Positions 19,095-26,401 of a stretch of 36,636 bases of DNA are shown here, in pieces. The stretch is from Myxococcales bacterium (GTDB lineage Bacteria > Myxococcota_A > UBA9042 > JABWCM01 > BTVJ01). The notes beneath the pieces were generated by a model, which saw only the letters and a list, made by a program, of their open reading frames with translations, was not told where the DNA came from and made no database searches. Where the stretch lies: contig BTVJ01000071.1 of the NCBI GenBank assembly GCA_045863395.1, forward strand, positions 1-36,636. Direction: 5' to 3'. The position numbers and the translations under genes are program-made. The number at the start of each line of letters is the position of its first letter. Positions within the stretch are counted from its first letter, which is position 1.

Positions 19095-20069
19095 GTGATC
19101 GACCCCTTGGAGCCCATCCTGCGCTGCGCGTGTGGCGCGGCGCTGCGCTCGCCGCCCGCAGCGACGACGGCGGTGCGCTGCCCGGTGTGCGCCCGCGTGA
19201 TCCGCCTGGCGCGCCGCACGGACGAGACGCCCTTGCCCATCATCGAGGACGCCTGGCCGGTGGATGACGCCCCGCCGCCGGGACCAGCCCCCTCGGCCCC
19301 GCGCCCGGAGCTGCTGGACCTTCCGGACGTCGCGTCCGACGAGTGGCCGCTGGACCCCCGGGCGCCGGCCCCCGAGGACCGCGACCCCTGGGAGCTGCCC
19401 CCCACCGCAGAGCCCGGCGTCGCTGCGAGCCTGCTCGTACCCATGACCCGCCGCCGCGTCGATCCGATCCTCCTGTGGGGGAGCGTGGCGGCCGTGGGCC
19501 TCCTGCTCGGTGTGGCCGCTTACGTCCTCGGGCACGCCCACGGCGTGTCGGACGCCATGGCGGAGCTGGGCACGCCGCCGCTCCGGGTCGCGCCGGAGCG
19601 CCCGGACCCCGGGGCGACGACCCCCACCGAGCGCGAGCTGTTCCGCCTGTGCCGGCTGCTCGACGAGACGCGCCCGACCTTCGACGACCCCCTGGAGGAG
19701 ACCACGGCCGCGGGGCGCCGACGCCTCGAGGAGTGGCTCGCGCCCTGGCGGGCGGGCTGGCAGGGACCGCTCGGGCAGGCGATCCGGGCCCTGGACCTGA
19801 AGCTCGACTGGGTGTGCGTCGTGGCGGGCTACGAGCCGGGGCGCGGCTTCCTGTGCCAGAGCGACGGGGCGCGCTTCCGTCTGAACGCCTATGGCCTCGG
19901 CGCCCGGTACTGGATGGGCCAGGAGGCGATCCGGTCCGGCGACCGCATCGAGCTCCACGGGGTGCGCAAGGCCCTGGAGGCCGCGGAGGGGGTGTCGCTG
20001 CAGCTCGACGCCCGGTGCGAGGCCACGGTCGTCATCGAGCGCGGCGACCTGGTGCGGCTGGTCAGGTAG
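19095..20069 (+). CDS. Hypothetical bitopic membrane protein with N-terminal Zn-finger
   Basis: LRCACGAAL...VRCPVCARVI (CxC...CxxC), Pro/Asp-rich linker, one TM helix (ILLWGSVAAVGLLLGVAAYVLG), C-terminal extracytoplasmic domain. Fills the gap between mfd and the M16 genes. Start 19080 or 19095. Confidence 0.7.
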   Translation: MIDPLEPILRCACGAALRSPPAATTAVRCPVCARVIRLARRTDETPLPIIEDAWPVDDAPPPGPAPSAPRPELLDLPDVASDEWPLDPRAPAPEDRDPWELPPTAEPGVAASLLVPMTRRRVDPILLWGSVAAVGLLLGVAAYVLGHAHGVSDAMAELGTPPLRVAPERPDPGATTPTERELFRLCRLLDETRPTFDDPLEETTAAGRRRLEEWLAPWRAGWQGPLGQAIRALDLKLDWVCVVAGYEPGRGFLCQSDGARFRLNAYGLGARYWMGQEAIRSGDRIELHGVRKALEAAEGVSLQLDARCEATVVIERGDLVRLVR

Positions 20070-20080
20070 GGATCCCCGCA

Positions 20081-21370
20081 TCAGGCGGGATCGGACCACT
20101 CCGCGTCGTAGGGGACGGTCCGCACACTGCGAACGCCGGGAAGCGCCGCGATGGCGTCGCGCAGGGGCTCCGCCGTGCAGACGACGGCCAGGGCCAGGTG
20201 GTCCGGGTGCAGGTGGGTTCGCAGCGCACGGTTTACCTCGTCGCGGGTGAGCGAGGAGACCCGCTCCACCCAGGTGTCGAGGAAGTCGGCGGGGCGACCG
20301 AGCAGCTCGATCTGAGCGAGCTGCCACATGCGCCGCGCCGGCGTCTCCACCTGGAAGGGGAAGCCGTTGACGAGGAAGCTCTTGGTGAAGGCGAGCTCGT
20401 CGTCGGTCACGCCGTGCTCGACCAGGTCCCCGAAGAGCTGCTGCCCGAGCGCCAGGGCAGGCACCGTGTCCTCCGCCGCAGGGTAGTAGGACATCACGAC
20501 TCCGCCGGTCCGCCGGTCCGTGAACAGCCGGCTGTAGGCGCCGTAGCTCCACCCCCGCTTCTCGCGGATCTCCTGCATGAGGCGCGACGTGAAGGTCCCC
20601 CCGAAGATCGTGTTGCCGACCATCAGCGGGAAGTAGTCCGGGTCCCCGGCGGCGATGCACGGGTGCCCCCAGCGGACCTGCGTCTGGGAGCGCTCCGGCT
20701 TGTCGACCAGCAGGACCCGCACACCGGCGCCGTGACCGAGCCCGCCGAGCGGCGGCTCGGCGGGCACCGGCCCATCGAGGGACCCCAGGTGCTCGTGGAG
20801 CAGCGCGTCCAGGTGGGGTCGCGTCACGTCCCCTGCGGCGGCGATCAGCACGTTCGGGGCCGCGACGTGCCGCTGCGAGAAGGCGGCGACGTCGCCCTGG
20901 CGAATGGCCCCGACGGTGCTCTCGGTGCCCTTCACGGGGCGCCCGAAGGGGTGCGGCCCCCACATATGCCGAGCGAACAGGTCGCCGCACAAGTCGGCGT
21001 CCGAGTCCCGCACCTGCTCCAGCTCGGCCTGGGTGAGCCGCACGAGCAGGCCGAGCTCGTCCGGGTCCATGGCCGGCTCGCGCAGCGCCTCGCCGAGCAG
21101 CGCCACGAAGCGGTCCAGGTTGCGGCTGAGCACCTCGCCCTCGAGGACGACGCTCTCCCGCCCCACGGACACGTCCAGCTCGGCGCCCATGGCGTCGAGC
21201 GCCTCGTCGAACTGCTCGCGGGTCCGCCGCTTGGTGCCGCGGACCAGCATCTGCGAGGCCAGGTACGCCGTCCCCTCCGCGCCGGCCGGATCGTGCAGGG
21301 CGCCGCTGCGGAGCACGACGTTCAGATGGACCCACCCCACGGCGTGGCTCTCGACCAGGATAGTCTTCAT
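20081..21370 (-). CDS. M16B family peptidase, non-catalytic subunit
   Basis: ATG at 21370 overlaps the upstream stop. SGALHDPAGAEGTAYLASQMLVRGT lacks HxxEH. GGTFTSRLMQEIREKRGWSYG contains the R/Y pair. Confidence 0.92.
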   Translation of the reverse strand: MKTILVESHAVGWVHLNVVLRSGALHDPAGAEGTAYLASQMLVRGTKRRTREQFDEALDAMGAELDVSVGRESVVLEGEVLSRNLDRFVALLGEALREPAMDPDELGLLVRLTQAELEQVRDSDADLCGDLFARHMWGPHPFGRPVKGTESTVGAIRQGDVAAFSQRHVAAPNVLIAAAGDVTRPHLDALLHEHLGSLDGPVPAEPPLGGLGHGAGVRVLLVDKPERSQTQVRWGHPCIAAGDPDYFPLMVGNTIFGGTFTSRLMQEIREKRGWSYGAYSRLFTDRRTGGVVMSYYPAAEDTVPALALGQQLFGDLVEHGVTDDELAFTKSFLVNGFPFQVETPARRMWQLAQIELLGRPADFLDTWVERVSSLTRDEVNRALRTHLHPDHLALAVVCTAEPLRDAIAALPGVRSVRTVPYDAEWSDPA

Positions 21371-22665
21371 GCCTCCTCCTCGGGGCGGGCGATGAGCGTG
21401 GTCCGGCGTTCGTCCCGGAAGATGCGCCGCGCCACCCGCAGCACGTCGTCCGCCGTGACGGCCTGCAGGCGGTCCATGGAGTCGAGGGCGGCCTTGAAGG
21501 ACCCGACCGTCGCCTCGTAGAGCCCGAGGAGGTGCGCCTTGCTGTCGACGGAGAGCAGGTTGCGAACCACCTGCACCTCCACCTTGGTGCGCGCCCGCTC
21601 CAGCTCCTCGGGTCCCACGACCTCGGCGCACACCCGCGCCAGCTCCTCGTCGATGATCGCCTCCGCCTCCTCGGCGGCGACCTCGGGCTTCATGGTGACA
21701 TCGATCTGGAGCAGCCCTGGCCAGGCGAAGCCGGACAGCCACCCCGACGCCCCGCTGGCGACCTCCGCGTCGTAGACCAGGCGCTTGGAGAGGCGCGCGG
21801 CGTCCGAGTTGAGCAGCACCTCCGAGAGCACCTCGGCCGCGTAGAGGTCAGGGTCGTCGAGGGCGACGGACTCCCAGGCGCAGATCAGGCGATCACCGGA
21901 CAGGGGCAAGGTGATCTCCGCCCGGTGAGGGCCCGGCGGGAGCGGCGGATTCGGGCGGGGCGGCGGCACCTCTTGCGGAGGGATGTGCCCGTAGTGGCGC
22001 TCGATGGACTCCATGACGGCTGCGGGATCCACGTCGCCGACCACGATGATCGTGGCGTTGTTGGGGGCGTACCAGGTGCGGTAGAAGTCCAGGCAGTCCT
22101 GAAGCCCGATGGCGCGGATGTCCTCCATCCACCCGATGGTCGGCCACCCGTAGGGGTGGTCCTTCCCGAAGGCCATCGCGTAGAGCACCTCGTAGGCCTT
22201 GCCGTCCGGGTCGTTGTCCACGCGCAGCTTGCGCTCGTTGATCACCACCTCGCGCTCGGTCTCGAGCTGGTGGGTGCCGAGGACCATGTTCTCCATACGG
22301 TCGGCCTCCAGGCGCGCCACCAGATCGAGCCGCGTGGCCGGGAGCTTCTCGTGGTAGTAGGTCCAGTCCACCCAGGTCGCGGCGTTGGTCTGGCCGCCGT
22401 TCAGCTCCATGGTGCGGTCGAACTCGCCCTCCTTGAGCGACGTCGTCTCCTTGAACATCAGGTGCTCGAAGAGGTGCGCCATGCCGGTGCGCCCGGGGCG
22501 CTCATGGCGGGACCCGACCCGGAACCAGGTGTGCCAGGCAAAGATCGGGGCGTGGTGGTCCTCGTGGATCAGCACGGTCAGCCCGTTGGGCAGGCTCCAC
22601 CGCTGAATGGGCGGCGCGTCGCGCAGCGGCGCGAAGGGGACGGTCTCGACGAGGGTGGCGGACAT
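21367..22665 (-). CDS. M16B family zinc peptidase, catalytic subunit
   Basis: LPNGLTVL, VGSRHERPGRTGMAHLFEHLMF (inverted zincin HxxEH), NAATWVDWT, EREVVINER, YAPNNATIIVVGD. Confidence 0.95.
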   Translation of the reverse strand: MSATLVETVPFAPLRDAPPIQRWSLPNGLTVLIHEDHHAPIFAWHTWFRVGSRHERPGRTGMAHLFEHLMFKETTSLKEGEFDRTMELNGGQTNAATWVDWTYYHEKLPATRLDLVARLEADRMENMVLGTHQLETEREVVINERKLRVDNDPDGKAYEVLYAMAFGKDHPYGWPTIGWMEDIRAIGLQDCLDFYRTWYAPNNATIIVVGDVDPAAVMESIERHYGHIPPQEVPPPRPNPPLPPGPHRAEITLPLSGDRLICAWESVALDDPDLYAAEVLSEVLLNSDAARLSKRLVYDAEVASGASGWLSGFAWPGLLQIDVTMKPEVAAEEAEAIIDEELARVCAEVVGPEELERARTKVEVQVVRNLLSVDSKAHLLGLYEATVGSFKAALDSMDRLQAVTADDVLRVARRIFRDERRTTLIARPEEEA

Positions 22666-22679
22666 GGGGCTCCTGTCTA

Positions 22680-22704
22680 CCTCAGTGGGGGCCTCAGTGG
22701 GGGC
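22680..22704. repeat. 12-bp tandem duplication CTCAGTGGGGGC x2
   Basis: Exact copies at 22681-22692 and 22693-22704, just upstream of the M16 start codon. Confidence 0.8.
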
Positions 22705-22734
22705 AGGAGGGGAGTATCACGAGGGGGCGGTGGC

Positions 22735-22881
22735 TCACAAGCGAGCGGGCCATGGAGCGGCAGTGGCGTTGGTCGCGCCGAGCGTCCGGCTGACCCCTCG
22801 GGCCCGCCCCCGGCCCCGGCGCAGCGCCCCTTGGCGCCCCGCCGGCTTGCTACGGGATTCGGGTCGAGCGATCCGTTGCAT
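22735..22881 (-). CDS. Putative 48-aa Arg/Gly-rich small protein
   Basis: GGAGG RBS 8 nt before ATG 22881. MQRIARPESRSKPAGRQGALRRGRGRARGVSRTLGATNATAAPWPARL*. Lies directly downstream of a consensus sigma54 promoter. No recognisable homology. Confidence 0.35.
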   Translation of the reverse strand: MQRIARPESRSKPAGRQGALRRGRGRARGVSRTLGATNATAAPWPARL

Positions 22882-22963
22882 GGTTCCATCCTCCAGGTTT
22901 CTTGGCTCCAGAGGACGGGCTCGAGCGGGCCAGCCGGCCGCTCGGCGCGACGGGTCCCAGTTC

Positions 22964-22980
22964 AGCAACGACCGTGCCAA
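22964..22980 (-). promoter_or_regulatory. Sigma54 (-24/-12) promoter
   Basis: Minus strand TTGGCACGGTCGTTGCT matches TGGCAC-N5-TTGC(W) exactly, in an intergenic region. Confidence 0.7.
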
Positions 22981-23076
22981 GCCGATCAGGGTCGCGCCGA
23001 ACCTTGGCCTGATGCGGGTGGGAGTCCGAACGAGCACGACGGGCGCGTGGAGACAAACGCCACAGCCTGTAGACAT

Positions 23077-24033
23077 TCAGCCACGCTGGGCGCGCTGTAT
23101 CTCCGTGTCCACGTGGGACGCGATGCGGCTGATGGCGTCGAAGCGAAAGTCCTCGGTGAAGACGTAGGGCACCTGGATGGTGGGGAGCGGAAAGTGTGCC
23201 CGGATGCGCTGGAGGTACTCGTCCTGCATGCTGCGGCGCTGCATCATGTCGCGGGCGCACCGGACGACGCCGTCGACCAGCGGGTCGATGCCCCGCACGG
23301 ACGAACGAAACGTCTGGAGGACCTCCGCCTCCCGCGGATCCAGGACCTCCGGCCAGAGCGCGTTCACGAAGAGGAAGCCCGTCGGGATCTTGAGCACCTC
23401 GCGGGTCTGGCGCAGCAGATCGAGGCTCTCGGTGAAGGGCATCTCCTCGGCGAGGGTCACGATGTTCAGGACGGTCTGGTGCGGGTCCATCAGCATGTCG
23501 CGGATCGCTCGCGTGTCATCGGCGAGCGGCCCCTTGTCCACCACGTCGAGGATCACGTGGGGCAGGCGGAACAGGGACACCCCGTGGCCGGTGGCCGGGG
23601 CATCGACGACGATCATGTCCCAGACCGGCTCCCCGGTGCGATCACGCTCCTGCTCCAGAAACCAGGCCTTGCCGATGAGCAGGAGCTCGTTCATGCCCGG
23701 GATCATCTTGAGGAGCTTGCGCATCAGCTCGTTCTCGAAGACCAGGTTGTAGGCCGCCTTGAACTTGAGCTTCATCAGGCCGTACTCGCGCAGCGCGTCG
23801 TCCGGCGTGATGTTGATGCTGAAGATGTCCTCGTGGATCTCGCGGGGCGCGTAGCCCGACGGGGACTTGCCGAAGAGCAGGGGCGCCTTCTCGCGGGTGT
23901 TGAGCTCGGCGATGAGCACCCGCTTGCCACGACGCGAGGCGGCCAGCGCGATGGCCGCGCTGACGGTGGACTTGCCCACCCCGCCCTTGCCCGCCACAAT
24001 GACGAAGCGCTTGTCGTAGAAGTCGGGGTGCAC
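23077..24033 (-). CDS. ArsA/Get3-family (bacterial anion-transporting-like) P-loop ATPase
   Basis: From GTG 24033: RFVIVAGKGGVGKSTVSAA (deviant Walker A), IPGMNELLLIGK, WDMIVVDAPATGHG (switch II), IVTLAEEMPFTES, FVNAL. Single ATPase domain. Confidence 0.9.
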   Translation of the reverse strand: MHPDFYDKRFVIVAGKGGVGKSTVSAAIALAASRRGKRVLIAELNTREKAPLLFGKSPSGYAPREIHEDIFSINITPDDALREYGLMKLKFKAAYNLVFENELMRKLLKMIPGMNELLLIGKAWFLEQERDRTGEPVWDMIVVDAPATGHGVSLFRLPHVILDVVDKGPLADDTRAIRDMLMDPHQTVLNIVTLAEEMPFTESLDLLRQTREVLKIPTGFLFVNALWPEVLDPREAEVLQTFRSSVRGIDPLVDGVVRCARDMMQRRSMQDEYLQRIRAHFPLPTIQVPYVFTEDFRFDAISRIASHVDTEIQRAQRG

Positions 24034-24082
24034 CGCGGCTCCTGTGCCCAAAGGCCGCACCAGACCCGCGCGGCGGCTCGCG

Positions 24083-24110
24083 AATCTAGCAGCGGACCCG
24101 TGGATGTCAA
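24083..24110 (-). promoter_or_regulatory. Putative sigma70 promoter for the ArsA-like ATPase
   Basis: Minus strand TTGACA (24110-24105), 16 nt ending in TGC, TAGATT (24088-24083), about 50 nt upstream of the GTG start. Confidence 0.6.
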
Positions 24111-24133
24111 CCAGCGGGCCCCGGGAGGTCATG

Positions 24134-26047
24134 GTGAGAAGCGTAGGGGTCAGAGCAGCGCTGGCGGTGGCGGCAGCCGCGGGGTGCGCAGGCGATGGGG
24201 CGGGCAGCGCCCCGATGGACGTGGGGGCGCAGGTGGACACCCAGGCGGGAGGCGACTCCCTCGGGCCACAGGACGCAGGCCTGGCCGACGGCGCCGGTGG
24301 CTCCGACGGGTCGGGACAGGACGCCGACGGCTTCCAGCCGCAGCCGTCGGGGGGCGATCCCCTGGTCGAGACCGCCAGGGCGCTTCCCGGCGACCCGATC
24401 TCCGATCTCGTGGTGAGGGGCGACGTGGTCCTGGCCTGCACGCCGTCGGGGGTCGAGGCGCGGGACGCGACCACGCTCGCCCTGACCGGCGCCCTGCCCC
24501 TGCCCGCGGGGTGCCGGCGCCTCGCGGACCTCGGCGGGGCGGCAGCAGTGATCACGAGGGCTGGCGGCCTCGTGCCCCTGAAGGTCGCGGACGGCGCCGT
24601 CACGCAGGACGGCGTGGCCTACGAGCCCGGCCCGACGCTGCTCTCGGCGGCTCAGGTGGGCACGTCGCTGGTGGCCACAGCGGGCGCGCAGGGGCTGGTG
24701 CTCGTCGAGGGAGCCGCCGCCACCCCGCTGTGGGAGGTAGCCGGCGCGCGGGACGTCGCGGCCCGGGGCGGGCTGGCGCTGGTCACCGCCGGCGGGAGCC
24801 TCGTCGTCGTGAGGGTGGAGCCGGGGCCCGTGGAGGGCCTGGCCGTCCTCCCGCTGACGGACGTCTACGGCGAGCCCTCCCGGTCCGCGTGGCGCGTCGA
24901 TGCTTCGGGGCCCCTGGTCGCCGTCACCGGCACCCACGGCGTCGCCCTCGTCGACCTCACCGACCCGTCCAAGCCCACCCAGGTCGGCGTGATCCCCCTG
25001 TCGGGCGCACCGGTGTCCACCACGTCACTGGGGCCGCTGCTCGCGGTGGCGGCCTGGGGCGCCGTCGAGGCGTGGGACGTCTCGGACCCTGCGGCGCCCG
25101 CCCGCGTCGGCGTCGAGGAGGTCCGCCTGCCGCCGCCTGCGCTCCCCGTCGCTCACTTCGCCACGGTGCGGGCCCACGCGGGCGCCCTGGTGGCTGCGGG
25201 GCCGGCTGCGGCCATCCGCCTCACCGTCGACGCGGCGAAGACAGGGCCGGACATCGCGCTGCCGAACGCGAGCGTCCTCTTCGCCGGCATCGAGCCAGGC
25301 TCCCAGGCCAGCGGCGGCTTCCTGCTGTCCAACGACGGCACGGAGCCCCTGGTCATCGGGAGCATCTCCATCGCCGATCCGGCCTTCACCGTGACCATCG
25401 ACCCGGACTTCGCGGGCCCCGTCGAGGACTACGACCCGCGCCCGGCGATGGTGATAGGCCCGGGCGAGAAGGGCTTCATCGACGTCGCGTTCGACGCAGC
25501 CACCGCCGTCGAGGTCGCGTCCACGCTGACCATCCTGTCCAACGACCCGGACGAGGGCGCGCTCGTCGTTCCCGCCGTCGGCAACATGAGGCGCCTCCAG
25601 GCGGGCGACCCGGCGCCTGACGTGATGCTCCCGGCCCTGGACGGCTCGCTGCGGTCCCTCTCCGATCAGAAGGGCAAGGTGGTCTACGTCAAGGTGTTCA
25701 GCGGGTTGTGACCGACCTGCGCACTGGAGTTGCCAGTGATCGAGTCCGACTACCTGCCGACCTGGGGTCCCCAGGGCTTCGCGCCCTTCGTTGTCCACAC
25801 CGGGACCGACCTGGCCTTCGCCTCGTTCCTCGAGGCCGACAAGGGTCTGAGCTTCTCCATGCTCCTGGACGCGGATGGGACGATCTTCGACCGAATGTCA
25901 CAGACAGACCCATTCACGCTCCCTTTCCCGCTCGCTTACCTCGTGGATCGGGCCGGAACCATCCGTCACGTCTACGCGGGCTACGTGGATGGAGAGATCT
26001 CGCCGGCAGCCCTCGCCGCGGACGTCGAGGCGCTGCTCGCCGAGTGA
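24134..26047 (+). CDS. Candidate selenoprotein: lipoprotein with LVIVD-like beta-propeller, ASH/choice-of-anchor-D-like Ig domain and C-terminal thioredoxin-fold (TlpA/AhpC-TSA-like) domain carrying UxxC
   Basis: GGAGG RBS, lipobox AAAG-C. Blades such as GVALVDLTDPSKPTQVG and VEAWDVSDPAAPARVG. Ig-like FLLSNDGTEPLVIGSISI...LTILSNDPDE. Then GDPAPDVMLPALDGSLRSLSDQKGKVVYVKVFSGL-TGA-PTCALELP...FSMLLDADG...FPLAYLVDRAGTIRHVYAG. ORFs 24044..25711 and 25730..26047 are in the same frame, with the TGA at 25709-25711. Confidence 0.85.
25712..25746 (+). promoter_or_regulatory. Putative bacterial SECIS element
   Basis: CACTGG (25722-25727) / loop AGTTG / CCAGTG (25733-25738) forms a perfect stem. The loop begins 16 nt after the UGA and has GU at loop positions 2-3. 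Confidence 0.7.
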
Positions 26048-26195
26048 AGACGGGAGGCTCCTGTGGAGCCCCTGTGGACGCGCGGTGGCAAAGCTGTGGC
26101 TCGAGCCCCACGCCCCATCGTCCAGACTCACGCAGAAACGGTGCCTTCGGGTGCGCGCCGCGCCCCGTGGACAGGTGTGGGCCAAAGCACTAGAT

Positions 26196-26243
26196 TTTCC
26201 ACATCTTGTGTTGCGAGCCCCCAGGATGCACAAGATGTTGACG
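26196..26243 (+). promoter_or_regulatory. Tandem NrdR boxes upstream of nrdJ
   Basis: tttCcAcATcTTGtgt (26196-26211) and gcaCaAgATgTTGacg (26228-26243) resemble acaCwAtATaTwGtgt and are 32 bp apart, directly upstream of an RNR gene. Confidence 0.75.
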
Positions 26244-26401
26244 AGGAACTTGCTTGACGGGCCCCCGGACAGCCTGCATAACTGCCGGGCGTCGAGGACG
26301 CCCGCCATACATGGCACACAACAAAGACGGATCCAACGGGCGCCGCTCCCCTGCCGGGTGATGCGCGCGCCGACCCAGCGAGAAGCGGGGAGCGACACAC
26401 G

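Noticed and set aside
14213..19267. Very long antisense ORFs (14213..19267 +, also 553..1770 +, 4215..6335 +, 6418..9183 +, 21532..25620 +, 25898..29773 -, 31732..33489 -, 34265..36316 -)
   Set aside because: Shadow ORFs opposite or overlapping well-supported genes. High GC3 depletes stop codons in alternative frames, and the translations have no domain motifs.
20081..22665. Linking the M16 pair (PqqF/G-like) with the PqqD gene as a PQQ pathway
   Set aside because: They are ~10 kb apart, separated by mfd and surA. No pqqA/B/C/E is present, and M16B pairs are common housekeeping genes.
23077..24033. Arsenic-resistance ArsA
   Set aside because: Single ATPase domain, no evident metalloid-binding Cys set, and no arsB/arsC/arsD/arsR nearby.
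25709..25711. Treating the TGA as a true stop or pseudogene lesion, giving two separate genes
   Set aside because: It falls precisely on the first redox position of a CxxC-equivalent motif, the fold is split across it, and a SECIS-like hairpin follows. Sec read-through is more parsimonious, pending confirmation of sel genes.
26244..26401. Cobalamin riboswitch upstream of B12-dependent nrdJ
   Set aside because: Hallmark segments (GGGAA, GCCACTG, B12-box AGYCAGRAGAC) are not seen.
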